In this document: positions 18,495-27,481 of the stretch, one piece after another | Layout: each line of letters opens with the position of its first letter | Numbering within the stretch: the stretch's first letter is position 1 | Notes under the pieces: generated by a model | Told to the model about the DNA's origin: nothing | Databases searched by the model: none | What the model saw: only the letters and a program-made list of their open reading frames with translations | Made by a program: the position numbers and the translations under genes | Assembly: GCA_965249575.1 (NCBI GenBank) | Contig: OZ252244.1 | Location: 1,504,001 to 1,568,000 of the forward strand | Reading direction: 5' to 3' | Length of the DNA: 64,000 nucleotides | DNA from: Gemmatimonadales bacterium | Lineage (GTDB): Bacteria; Gemmatimonadota; Gemmatimonadetes; Gemmatimonadales; GWC2-71-9

Positions 18495-19210
18495 TGGCTA
18501 AAGATCTCAGCGAACAGGTGGACGGCTTCGCCCGGCGATTGAGCGATGCGCTAGGCGAGGATCTCGTGTCACTCGTGCTGTTCGGCTCCGCGGTTCGTCC
18601 GGGTTACGTAGGCGATCCGGAGGACGCGAACACACTCCTCATCGTCCGCGACGCCAGCCCGCCGTCGCTCCGCCGACTCGGGCCAGCCGTGGCCCACTGG
18701 GTAAGTGCGGGACACACACCCCCCCTGGTCTTCGAGGAAGCCGGCTGGCGTCAGTCGACCGACGTCTTCCCCATCGAGATCGAAGAAATGCGCGAGGCAC
18801 ATCGCCTGGTGCAGGGGCGCGACCCCTTTGCAGACGTGACAACGACCCCAGGGGACCTGCGACACGAGTTGGAACGGGAGGTTCGAGGCAAGCTGCTGCA
18901 GCTGCGAACAGAGTACGTCGCCGCCGAGTCGAACGGCAAGAGACTAGGGGAGCTGCTCATTGCCTCCGCAAAGACTTTCTTCGTACTGTTTCGAGCGATG
19001 CTCCGTCTGAAGGACCAAACACCCCCCCCGGACCCGACCGCGCTCGTACGGCAGACCGCGGAGATCGCCGGGATCGACGCCGGGGCATTCGATTGGGTGC
19101 TCAAGCGGCTGTCCCAAGAGAAGACACCGGCTCTCCAGCCCTTCGACCCGGTTGGCGAACGATATCTGGAAGCGATTCAACAGCTCGCGCACTTCGTGGA
19201 TCAGAGCTGA
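18494..19210 (+). CDS. Pol-beta-like nucleotidyltransferase-domain protein
   Basis: SLVLFGSA...D-x-N-xLLI, DVFPIE; sits between the TPM gene and lemA. Confidence 0.75.
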   Translation: MAKDLSEQVDGFARRLSDALGEDLVSLVLFGSAVRPGYVGDPEDANTLLIVRDASPPSLRRLGPAVAHWVSAGHTPPLVFEEAGWRQSTDVFPIEIEEMREAHRLVQGRDPFADVTTTPGDLRHELEREVRGKLLQLRTEYVAAESNGKRLGELLIASAKTFFVLFRAMLRLKDQTPPPDPTALVRQTAEIAGIDAGAFDWVLKRLSQEKTPALQPFDPVGERYLEAIQQLAHFVDQS

Positions 19211-19247
19211 TGCTCCGCCCACGAACCGAGCGAAGGAGGCGACGAAT

Positions 19248-19799
19248 ATGAGGAAGGGAGCCATCGCGCTCGTTGTCCTGTTCACCGCGGGTTGCGGGTA
19301 CAACCAGATCCAGACACTCGACGAACAGGCGAGCGCATTCCGTAGCCAGATCGAAGTCCAGCTGCAGCGGCGCGCGGACCTCGTGCCGAACCTGGTGGAA
19401 ACCGTCAAGGGGTTTGCCGCCCAGGAACAGGCGATCTTCGACGCCGTGGCGTCGGCACGCGGGCAGCTGGGGGGCGCCATCCAAGCCGGGGATCTCGCCG
19501 CCATGGCGGCAGCTAACCAAACGCTGACAGGCGCGCTCGGTCGGTTGATCGCCATCGCCGAGGACAACCCCGAGATCCAGTCGAACGAAAACTTCCGCAT
19601 GCTGCAGGATCAGCTCGAGGGCACCGAAAACCGGATCGGTACCGCGAGACAGGATTACAACAACGCGGTGGGGGGCTACAATGCCTACATCCGCCGGTTT
19701 CCGCAGGTGCTCACTGCCAAGGCGATCAGCGCCGGGCCGCGGGAGTATTTCGAAGCGCAGCCAGGCGCGCGGGAAGTCCCGAGTGTGCAGTTCAACTGA
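19248..19799 (+). CDS. lemA: LemA family lipoprotein
   Basis: Lipobox TAGC; GCGYN, QLQRRADLVPNLVETVKG, LEGTENRI..AR..YN; AAGGAGG RBS. Confidence 0.95.
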   Translation: MRKGAIALVVLFTAGCGYNQIQTLDEQASAFRSQIEVQLQRRADLVPNLVETVKGFAAQEQAIFDAVASARGQLGGAIQAGDLAAMAAANQTLTGALGRLIAIAEDNPEIQSNENFRMLQDQLEGTENRIGTARQDYNNAVGGYNAYIRRFPQVLTAKAISAGPREYFEAQPGAREVPSVQFN

Positions 19800-21228
19800 T
19801 ACTCGAGCGTTTACGGCGGCTCGGGCGCTGTTCGGGTGCGGGATCGCCGCCGCTTGTTTCACCTCGATGCCTTTGTTGCACGCGCAAGATCGGGTCGTGG
19901 GCGAGCAAGTACGGCCGTTCGTAAAGCTCGACGCGTCCATCGTGGCGCTCACTCACGTACGCCTGATCGACGGCACGGGCTCGCCGGCACGAGAGAATCA
20001 AACCGTCGTCGTCGTGGGCGAGCGGATCGCGGCCGTGGGACCGACAGGTACCGTAGCGATCCCACCCGGAGCGAAGGTACTGGATCGCAGCGGCCACTCC
20101 TTGATTCCCGGGATCATCGGACTGCACGACCATCTGTATTACCAGCAGCCGATGTTCTTCAGCTATCCCAAGCTGTTCTTGGCCGCCGGGGTCACGACTA
20201 TTCGCACGACCGGAAGCCGCGACGCCTATCAAGAGCTAAACCACCGCAGCGCGATCGAGGCCGGGGAAATCCCCGGGCCTGATATCCACGTGACGGGACC
20301 TTACCTGCAAGGTCCGGGACCCGGACCGGGTTGGATGCATCCGCTGACCGGACCGGAAGACGCTCGCCGCGTGGTCAGGTACTGGGCGGAAGAAGGCGTC
20401 AACTGGTTCAAAGCGTATACACAGATTTCGCGGGCCGAACTGGCCGCTGCGGTCGACGAAGCCCACCGGCACGGGGTCAAGGTAACGGGACACCTATGTT
20501 CGGTGGGGTTCCGGGAAGCCGTGGCCGCGGGCATCGACAACCTGGAGCATGGCTTCACCACCAACGCGGACTTCCTACCCGGCAAGATGCCCGATGTCTG
20601 CCCTCCCGGGCGCAGCGACAGCATTTACGCTCGCCTCGACGTTCAGAGTGAATCGGTCCAAGAAACGATCCGGTTGCTGGTCGCCAACGGGGTCGCCCTC
20701 ACCTCCACGCTGGCCGTCGAGGAGTTGGGTTCCCCGAGCCGTGTCCCGGCCGACCAGCGGGTGCTCGACGCGCTCTATGACGGGGCGCGAAGCATGGTCG
20801 AGCGCTACTTCGAGAATGCGAAGGACGTGGACGACTCCCTCGCGCGCCAGGCACTCAGGAATGCGATGGCGTTCGAGCGGGAGTTCGTGCGAGCGGGCGG
20901 CCTGCTGGCAGCGGGGTCAGATCCGTGCTGCCTCTCCTCGATAGCCAGCTACGCGGATCAACGGAACTACGAACTACTGGTCGAAGCAGGTTTCAGCCCG
21001 GAGCAATCGATCCAGATCATGACCGCGAATGGCGCAAACGTCCTCGGGATTTCCGATCGTGTCGGCACCATTGAGAAGGGCATGCAAGCCGATCTCGTCG
21101 TGCTCCGAGGTGACATCACGAGCGATCCTCGCAGTATCACCAACGTTACGGACGTGTTCCGGAGGGGCCTTGGCTACGACCCGGAGAAGCTGACCGCTGC
21201 GGTCAGAGGGTTAGTGGGGCTGAGGTAG
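19783..21228 (+). CDS. Secreted amidohydrolase-family protein (start uncertain, 19783 or 19867)
   Basis: LIDGTG, PGIIGLHDH, GVTTIRT, VTGHL, LEHG, AGSD, GTIEKGMQADLVV. Confidence 0.9.
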   Translation: MCSSTDTRAFTAARALFGCGIAAACFTSMPLLHAQDRVVGEQVRPFVKLDASIVALTHVRLIDGTGSPARENQTVVVVGERIAAVGPTGTVAIPPGAKVLDRSGHSLIPGIIGLHDHLYYQQPMFFSYPKLFLAAGVTTIRTTGSRDAYQELNHRSAIEAGEIPGPDIHVTGPYLQGPGPGPGWMHPLTGPEDARRVVRYWAEEGVNWFKAYTQISRAELAAAVDEAHRHGVKVTGHLCSVGFREAVAAGIDNLEHGFTTNADFLPGKMPDVCPPGRSDSIYARLDVQSESVQETIRLLVANGVALTSTLAVEELGSPSRVPADQRVLDALYDGARSMVERYFENAKDVDDSLARQALRNAMAFEREFVRAGGLLAAGSDPCCLSSIASYADQRNYELLVEAGFSPEQSIQIMTANGANVLGISDRVGTIEKGMQADLVVLRGDITSDPRSITNVTDVFRRGLGYDPEKLTAAVRGLVGLR

Positions 21229-21285
21229 GGAATAGGGGGTAGGGGACAGGGGGTGGGGAGCCACCCCCCGCTCCCTACCCCCTAC
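21226..21285. repeat. Inverted G-rich/C-rich heptamer array forming a hairpin between convergent genes
   Basis: TAGGGAA TAGGGGG TAGGGGA CAGGGGG TGGGGAG then CCACCCC CCGCTCC CTACCCC CTAC; both flanking TAG stop codons lie inside the units. Confidence 0.7.
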
Positions 21286-22166
21286 TTTATCTCCACGCCG
21301 GCCGCTCGCTCGATGAGCTTGATCGCTTCAACGTGATCGGCTTCCTCCCCTAGAGCTTTCCTCGCCTCTTCCATCGCGTGCTTGGCCGCGGCGATCGTTT
21401 CGTGGGGAACGCCCGTCTCCCGGAGCACGTCGAGCGCGATCCCCACGTCCTTGTCGAGCAGAGCCAGGCGGAAAGTGCGGGGCCATGTTCTCGGTACTAC
21501 CCGTTCGGGGACGAGGTTCTCGGTGACGTTCGACCGGCCGCTCGACGCGTTGATCACATCGAGCGCTGTCTGCGCCGAGACGCCGAGTTTGACCAGGGCA
21601 GCCAGTCCCTCACCTGCCGCCTCGATGCTCACGGCCAGGAGGGCGTTGTTGATGGCCTTGAGCGCATGACCAGCGCCAACCGGGCCGACGTGCGCCAGTG
21701 TGCCCGCGTAGGCTTCGAGGATCGGCTTAGCACGTTCGAAAGCTTCTCGCTCACCGCCGACCATCACCGTGAGCTTGCCTGCCTCGGCACCCGACGTTCC
21801 GCCGCTCACCGGCGCGTCGACGAATCCCACACCGCGCGAGGCGAGCCAAGCGCTAGTGGCGCGCGCTGATGCGGGGTCACCCGACGTCGCGTCGATCAGG
21901 AGTTGCCCCTCACTCCATCCGTTCGCCTCACGCTCGACGACCTCCCTCACCTCGCGCGAGGTTGGCAGGCAAGTGATGACCACCGTCGCGCCGGTGATTG
22001 CCTCGGCGGGAGTCGCTGCAATCTGTGCTCCGGTCTCCCGCGCGAACGTCTGCGCCTTCTCGCCCGTGCGATTCCACACCGTGGTGTCGAACTGCTTCGC
22101 AACATGCACCGCCATCGGGCGGCCGATCGCGCCCAAACCGATGAATCCAACCCGCGTCGTTGCCAC
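21282..22166 (-). CDS. 3-hydroxyisobutyrate/tartronate-semialdehyde dehydrogenase-family NAD(P) oxidoreductase
   Basis: GFIGLGAIG, VWNRT, DAPVSGG, LTVMVGG, KAINN, F.LALLDKD. Confidence 0.92.
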   Translation of the reverse strand: MATTRVGFIGLGAIGRPMAVHVAKQFDTTVWNRTGEKAQTFARETGAQIAATPAEAITGATVVITCLPTSREVREVVEREANGWSEGQLLIDATSGDPASARATSAWLASRGVGFVDAPVSGGTSGAEAGKLTVMVGGEREAFERAKPILEAYAGTLAHVGPVGAGHALKAINNALLAVSIEAAGEGLAALVKLGVSAQTALDVINASSGRSNVTENLVPERVVPRTWPRTFRLALLDKDVGIALDVLRETGVPHETIAAAKHAMEEARKALGEEADHVEAIKLIERAAGVEIK

Positions 22167-22189
22167 CTTACCCCCTCCGTGAACGGGGA

Positions 22190-22236
22190 GAGGGGAGCAG
22201 GGCCGCGCGGCAACAGCGTGCGCCCCCCTCCCCTCT
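22190..22236 (-). terminator. Long GC-rich stem-loop just downstream of atpH (terminator or 3' stabiliser)
   Basis: AGAGGGGAG..GGGC / GCCC..CTCCCCTCT arms with an inner CGCGC/GCGTG stem; no U-tract. Confidence 0.45.
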
Positions 22237-22254
22237 TCACTCACGCACCATCAA

Positions 22255-22794
22255 CTACACCGTGAGCATTTGCCTTCGGAGCGTCACCAGCTTCCGCCGC
22301 AACGAGCCGTCCATGATTCGATCGCCCACCCGCACGATGACGCCGCCCAGAAGGGCGGCGTCAAGACTGAAGTGTGGTATGACTTCCTTGCCAAGGACCT
22401 CCGACAGTTTCGTGGCGATGGCGCGTTGCAGAGCTCTGTCCGGCTCCCGCGCGATCGCCACGCCAGCGTGCACCCTGTTCAACTTCACATCGACCAGCAG
22501 CAGATACTCCGTTCGGATCGCCGGGAAGATCCGCTGCCGGCCTCGTTTGATGACCGCCGCAAGAAACCGAATAAACGTTTCCGATGCCCGACCAGCCAAG
22601 GCTTTCGCCAGTAACTCCTGTTTTTGCGCCTTGGGGACGCGCGGCGAGTCGAGTGCCATGTGAATCCGGTCGTCGGATTCGATGGCACCCGCCAGAGCGT
22701 CGATCAAGTCGGCAAACGCCTGCGTCTGCCTCGACGACTCGCCGAGCTCGAACAGCGCTTCCGCGTAGTTCCGCGCGATGGTCGCCTCTCTCAA
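22255..22794 (-). CDS. atpH: ATP synthase F1 delta
   Basis: IARNYAEALF, LLGGVIVRVGDRIMDGSL. Confidence 0.95.
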   Translation of the reverse strand: MREATIARNYAEALFELGESSRQTQAFADLIDALAGAIESDDRIHMALDSPRVPKAQKQELLAKALAGRASETFIRFLAAVIKRGRQRIFPAIRTEYLLLVDVKLNRVHAGVAIAREPDRALQRAIATKLSEVLGKEVIPHFSLDAALLGGVIVRVGDRIMDGSLRRKLVTLRRQMLTV

Positions 22795-23345
22795 CGGCCA
22801 CTCCCCAGCGATTCGATGTAATCCCGAACGATCTTGCGGTTGGTCTCGTCGTCGAGGCGCTCGCGAATGAGCTTGGACGCGGCCGCCAGCGACAGGTCGA
22901 CCGCCTCCCGTCGGAGCTCGGTTACCGCGCGCTCCCGCTCGTTCTGGATCTCACGCCGCGCCCGCTCCAGCAGCTGCTCCTGTTCCTCCCGAGTCTTGGC
23001 CAGGAGCGTGTCACGCTCCTGCTCGGCCACCAGCTTTGCCTCGCTGAGAAGCTGCTGCGCCTCGCTCTTCGCCCCAGCCAGGAGCTTCTGGTGTTCCTCC
23101 AGAGACGCCTTGGCCTCGGCGTTCAACCGCTCGGATTCCTCCAGCTGGAGGGCGATCCGTCGCTCCCGCTCCTCCGTGGCACGAAGGATTGGCGGCCAGG
23201 CAAACTTCTTCAGGACGAAGAACAGGGCAATGAAGACGACCCACGTCCAGAAGAACAAGCCGAAATTCACCTCGAAGGGTGATGCCGGTGCTCCATCCTG
23301 GTGTTCCTGCGCCGCGAGCAGCGCGAAAGCGAGCACGGCGTGCAT
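22791..23345 (-). CDS. atpF: ATP synthase Fo subunit b
   Basis: GLFFWT..F..L..VLKKFAWPPIL followed by coiled coil. Confidence 0.95.
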   Translation of the reverse strand: MHAVLAFALLAAQEHQDGAPASPFEVNFGLFFWTWVVFIALFFVLKKFAWPPILRATEERERRIALQLEESERLNAEAKASLEEHQKLLAGAKSEAQQLLSEAKLVAEQERDTLLAKTREEQEQLLERARREIQNERERAVTELRREAVDLSLAAASKLIRERLDDETNRKIVRDYIESLGSGR

Positions 23346-23346
23346 A

Positions 23347-23646
23347 CTAGGCCACGAGCTTGAAGAGCAGCGCGAATACCAGCGCGATGATTGTCGCGCC
23401 TTCGAGGAGCACCGCGATCAGCAATGCCGCTCCACGGATCTCGGCGCCCGCCTCGGGCTGCCGGGCGATCGCCTCAGCGGCCTGGCCGCCGATACGGCCC
23501 AGTCCCAGTCCCGCACCCACAATGGCGAGCCCCAGACCGATCCCGGCGCCGAGCAGGGCATTCGTGTTCTTGGCCGCCTCGACCATCGCCGCCAGGCTCG
23601 CGCTGTCGGATGCGGCTTGCTGGACTACCGTCAACAGATTCAACAT
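23347..23646 (-). CDS. atpE: ATP synthase Fo subunit c (with N-terminal extension)
   Basis: GAGLGLG, ARQPE, LLEG. Confidence 0.95.
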   Translation of the reverse strand: MLNLLTVVQQAASDSASLAAMVEAAKNTNALLGAGIGLGLAIVGAGLGLGRIGGQAAEAIARQPEAGAEIRGAALLIAVLLEGATIIALVFALLFKLVA

Positions 23647-23842
23647 GTGAACTCGACCCCATGTCTTGGGAGATTGAGAGCCACAGCGCTTCTCGCACCG
23701 CGTGCCGTTTCTCCCGAACGGCCCCGGCACGGCAACCCGCCAACGGCCTGAGGCCAGCGGGAATCCCCGGTCGCCCGACCGGGTACACGACGGAATGGGG
23801 GAAGCGCACCGCCATTCCGGTGACAACAATCAAATGACATTG
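23647..23842 (-). ncRNA. Candidate structured cis-regulatory RNA in the atpB-atpE spacer
   Basis: Four consecutive hairpins plus alternative pairings in an operon whose other gaps are only a few nt or overlaps. Confidence 0.5.
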
Positions 23843-24697
23843 TCAATGCTCGTGCTGCATCAACCCGATGAATACCGATGTCAGCAGCGCGAACACGTAC
23901 GCCTGCAAGAAAGCGACGAAGATCTCCAACAGCATAATGCCCAGTACCAGCGCCGCAGTGAGGAGCCCGATACCGATATTCCATCCGTCCAGGTGCCCGA
24001 ACAGGAATATCACGCCAAAGAGAGATAGAATCACGAAGTGGCCGGCCGTCATGTTGCCAAATAGCCGAACCGCAAGAGCGAACGGCTTGACGAGTTTGCC
24101 CAGTATCTCGATTGGCGCCATAGCCACGGACATGACGACCGCGCCCGGACCCGACAAGCCCGGGACACGCGGGAAGATCGTGCGGAGGTATCCCGCTGCG
24201 CCGAGCTTCAACATGCCGCTGATTTCTATCGTCAGGAACGACAAGATCGCGAGCGACGCCGTCACCGCGAGGTTGCCGGTAGCCGTCGATCCGAATGGTA
24301 TCAGGCCCAGCAGGTTCGCGTAGAGAATGAAGAAAAACAGCGACATGATGTACGGCGCGAACTTCACACCGTCATGGCCGATATTGGCGATAGCGATGTC
24401 GTTGCGAACGAAGAGAACCATCGCCTCGATGGCGTTGGCGAAACCCTTGGGCGCGATGTCGCCGGCGCGTTGCCGCTCGAGCCTGCGCCCCGCCACCCAC
24501 ATCGTGAGGAACACGAGCAGCGCCGAGATGAACAGGAATACCACGTGCTTCGTGGGGCTCAGGTTGAGCGTGAGCGAGCCAATGTGAATGTCCGGCCATC
24601 GCGGAAGCGCCACGTGCCCCAGGGGATACAGGTCGAGCTCCCACGCATCCGCCGTGTGGTGCAGAACGACTTCGCCGATATCTGGACGCTGCGTCAT
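23843..24697 (-). CDS. atpB: ATP synthase Fo subunit a
   Basis: NLLGLIP, TATGN, KPFALAVRLFGNMTAGH, LQAYVF. Confidence 0.97.
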   Translation of the reverse strand: MTQRPDIGEVVLHHTADAWELDLYPLGHVALPRWPDIHIGSLTLNLSPTKHVVFLFISALLVFLTMWVAGRRLERQRAGDIAPKGFANAIEAMVLFVRNDIAIANIGHDGVKFAPYIMSLFFFILYANLLGLIPFGSTATGNLAVTASLAILSFLTIEISGMLKLGAAGYLRTIFPRVPGLSGPGAVVMSVAMAPIEILGKLVKPFALAVRLFGNMTAGHFVILSLFGVIFLFGHLDGWNIGIGLLTAALVLGIMLLEIFVAFLQAYVFALLTSVFIGLMQHEH

Positions 24698-25035
24698 CGG
24701 AAGAAGCGCATCTCCGCAAAGTGAAGGGGGATGAGAACCCCGAGGTACGCGAGCCCCGTGGGCAGCGGCGGGAAGTGCGAGGGAGCGACGGTCGCCACCA
24801 CCGGGATGAGCGCAATCCCTGCCAGGCGCAGCCCCATGCCGATCCCGTAGCGCCTCATGAGGTCCCGTAAAGGTGCGCTGACCACCGGGCGAAAGAACGC
24901 ATGGACGCTTGCCTGAATCCCGGTGGCCAGGAAACCAAACACGGTGCCGGGGAGGAGCGCGGTACGCCCCCACACCGCACAGAGCGCTGCCGACACGAGG
25001 GCGGTCAGCACAGTCCCGGCCACCAAGACGGTCAT
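24694..25035 (-). CDS. AtpI-like 4-TM membrane protein
   Basis: Four hydrophobic segments, GMGLRL, positioned directly upstream of atpB. Confidence 0.7.
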   Translation of the reverse strand: MTVLVAGTVLTALVSAALCAVWGRTALLPGTVFGFLATGIQASVHAFFRPVVSAPLRDLMRRYGIGMGLRLAGIALIPVVATVAPSHFPPLPTGLAYLGVLIPLHFAEMRFFR

Positions 25036-25286
25036 CGGCGCTTGTCCCGGGGCGGCTTGCGCCGCGACTCCAACTCTTCGAGGACCCTGCGGTACACGCT
25101 CAGAAAGCTGAGCCCCGCCCCCACGAGTGCCCCGACCACCGTGAAGACCGGTGTGAGCCCGAGCCATCGATCCAGAGCCCAACCGGCGGCCGTAAACATG
25201 ATGACGGCGGCGGCGAATGTGCACCCCAGCGCCATGTGACGGTAACTGTCGCCTACCTGCCTGTCCGGCCCGGGGTTAGGCTCCAT
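25032..25286 (-). CDS. AtpZ/AtpI family protein
   Basis: GWALDRWLGLTPVFTVVGALVG; first gene of the atp operon. Confidence 0.85.
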   Translation of the reverse strand: MEPNPGPDRQVGDSYRHMALGCTFAAAVIMFTAAGWALDRWLGLTPVFTVVGALVGAGLSFLSVYRRVLEELESRRKPPRDKRR

Positions 25287-25308
25287 CTGCAGGCCGGAAA
25301 TGTACCGC

Positions 25309-25326
25309 TTGTGAAAAAATTCGCAA
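25309..25326. promoter_or_regulatory. Rex operator-like palindrome upstream of the atp operon
   Basis: TTGTGAA-AAAA-TTCGCAA versus consensus TTGTGAA-N4-TTCACAA (1 mismatch), 22 nt upstream of the first ATG. Confidence 0.7.
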
Positions 25327-25459
25327 GCAAACCCCGGTGGCCGAATCACGTTTTTCGCAGTACCATTCGATGCTCAACCTGAAGGGGCCCGTTTGGACAC
25401 CCACTCTGCCGGGTGCCGGCCAATCCCTTCACCACAATCGCTTGAGGGCATTCGTTTTC

Positions 25460-26488
25460 GTGAACGCAGACCCGGTGCGCGTCGCCGACAACGACGTCGA
25501 ACTCCTGGACCGAATGGCATCGGCGAAGGCGCGGTTACTTGAACAAGTATCTCACCGAGTCGTCGGTCAGCATGAGGTATTGGAAGGTATCCTCACTGCG
25601 GTGGTCTCCGGCGGGCACGCGCTACTCGTGGGTGTTCCGGGCCTGGCGAAGACCCTTATGGTTTCGACTATCGCCGAAGCCCTCGATCTCAAATTCACGC
25701 GAATTCAGTTCACGCCCGATCTCATGCCATCCGATATCACCGGCACGGAGATCATCGAGGAAGATCTGACCACCGGAAAGCGGGCGTTCCGTTTCATTCA
25801 CGGCCCCGTCTTCGCGAACATCGTCCTGGGAGACGAAATCAATCGGACGCCCCCGAAGACCCAAGCGGCCCTGCTTCAGGCAATGCAAGAGCACCAGGTA
25901 ACCGCCGCGGGCGAGACCTACCCGTTACCCGAGCCGTTCTTTGTCTTGGCCACACAGAATCCCATCGAGCAGGAAGGCACCTATCCGCTCCCGGAAGCCC
26001 AGCTCGACCGATTCATGCTGGAGCTCATGGTGCAGTACCCCAACCGCGCCGAGGAAGAACGCATCGTGGAGGAGACGACCGGCGACGAGGGCCACGACGT
26101 GCGCGCCGTGCTGGACGCGAAGGATCTCATCCAAATCCAGCACCTCGTGCGGCGTATCCCCGTGCCGAAGAGCGTTACGCGCGCGGCGGTGTCCCTGGCA
26201 CGAATGACCCGCCCATCGGACTCGGATGCGCCACAGGTGGTCAAGGAGTACGTCGCATGGGGAGCGGGTCCCCGCGCATCGCAGTACCTCGTGCTCGGAG
26301 CCAAGGCGCGGGCAGCGCTCGACGGAAGGCCCATGGCCGACCTCGACGACGTGAAAAACGTCGCGTTGGCGGTGCTGCGGCATCGCGTAGTCGCAAACTT
26401 CACCGCCGAAGCCGCCGGACGGTCGGCCCCTGATATCTGCGTGGAGCTCATCGCCAGCGCGAACTGGTCAGCGGTAACCACAGCCTGA
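25460..26488 (+). CDS. MoxR-family AAA+ ATPase
   Basis: GVPGLAKT, RIQFTPDLMPSDITG, DEINRTPPKTQAALL, ATQNPIEQEGTYPLPEAQLDRF. Confidence 0.95.
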   Translation: MNADPVRVADNDVELLDRMASAKARLLEQVSHRVVGQHEVLEGILTAVVSGGHALLVGVPGLAKTLMVSTIAEALDLKFTRIQFTPDLMPSDITGTEIIEEDLTTGKRAFRFIHGPVFANIVLGDEINRTPPKTQAALLQAMQEHQVTAAGETYPLPEPFFVLATQNPIEQEGTYPLPEAQLDRFMLELMVQYPNRAEEERIVEETTGDEGHDVRAVLDAKDLIQIQHLVRRIPVPKSVTRAAVSLARMTRPSDSDAPQVVKEYVAWGAGPRASQYLVLGAKARAALDGRPMADLDDVKNVALAVLRHRVVANFTAEAAGRSAPDICVELIASANWSAVTTA

Positions 26489-26547
26489 GGTGAAGACGGC
26501 CGGCGCGCAGACGCGCGCCGGCGCCCCCATTTTCGAGAACGCTGTTC

Positions 26548-27468
26548 CTACTCGTCTCTGATCGGCGACGAGGCGAGCCGGTTGCGGATCATCGACGCCG
26601 CGACGGAGAGCAGGAGAATCCCACCGACCACGCCCAACGCAGCACCGATTGGAACCCGGAACACATGGGACACCAGCATCTTCGCGCCGGTGAAGACCAG
26701 GATGGCCGAGAGGCCGTAGTGGAGGTAGACGAACATCGGCATGATGCCCGCAATCGCGAAGTAGAGTGACCTTAGGCCCAAAATGGCGAACACGTTCGAG
26801 GTGTACACCACGAAGGGATCCAGGGTGATGGACAGCGCGGCGGGTACCGAATCGATGGCAAAGACCACGTCCGTGCTCTCGATGGCAATCAGGACGACGA
26901 AGAGCGGTGTAGCAACCATCCGACCGGCCCGGCGGACGAAGAACCTGGTTCCGTCGTAGTTCTCGGAGACGGGGAACACACGGCGGAATAGCCGGAGAAC
27001 CGGATTTCTCTCCGGGTGCACGTCGCGGTCCTTTTGAAGTCCCAGCCGAATGCCCGTCACGACCAGGAGCACGCCCAGAACGTACACCAACCACTCCACC
27101 CGCTGGATCGCCGCCACGCCCACCGCGATGAAAATCGCCCGGAGTATGACCGCGCCGATGATGCCCCAGAACAGACATTTGTGATGGAGGTGGGACGGCG
27201 TGTTGAAGTACGAGAAGATGACGAGAAAGACGAACAGGTTGTCTACGCTGAGGGATTCTTCGATCAAATAGCAGGTGAGGAACTCGAGCGCCACGCGCTG
27301 CCCGCGCGTAACCCACACCAAGACCATAAACAGGAGCGCGAGCCCGACCCACACACCCACCCATGCCAGTGCTTCCCGAAGGCGCACCTCCCGCGCCTTG
27401 CGATGCAGAACGCCGAGGTCGACGGCCAGCATCGCGACGACCACGAGTCCAAAAACGAGCCACAGCAT
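26548..27468 (-). CDS. TerC/Alx-family membrane protein
   Basis: YLIEESLSVDNLFVF, DVVFAIDSVPA, TSNVFAILGLRSLYF. Confidence 0.95.
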   Translation of the reverse strand: MLWLVFGLVVVAMLAVDLGVLHRKAREVRLREALAWVGVWVGLALLFMVLVWVTRGQRVALEFLTCYLIEESLSVDNLFVFLVIFSYFNTPSHLHHKCLFWGIIGAVILRAIFIAVGVAAIQRVEWLVYVLGVLLVVTGIRLGLQKDRDVHPERNPVLRLFRRVFPVSENYDGTRFFVRRAGRMVATPLFVVLIAIESTDVVFAIDSVPAALSITLDPFVVYTSNVFAILGLRSLYFAIAGIMPMFVYLHYGLSAILVFTGAKMLVSHVFRVPIGAALGVVGGILLLSVAASMIRNRLASSPIRDE

Positions 27469-27481
27469 CGACTACGCCCGG

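Noticed and set aside
25460..26488. MoxR-DUF58-VWA chaperone system
   Set aside because: moxR is followed directly by a convergent gene; no partner genes are in the window.
27469..27481. yybP-ykoY (Mn) riboswitch before terC/alx
   Set aside because: Only 13 nt separate it from the upstream gene, too short to hold one.
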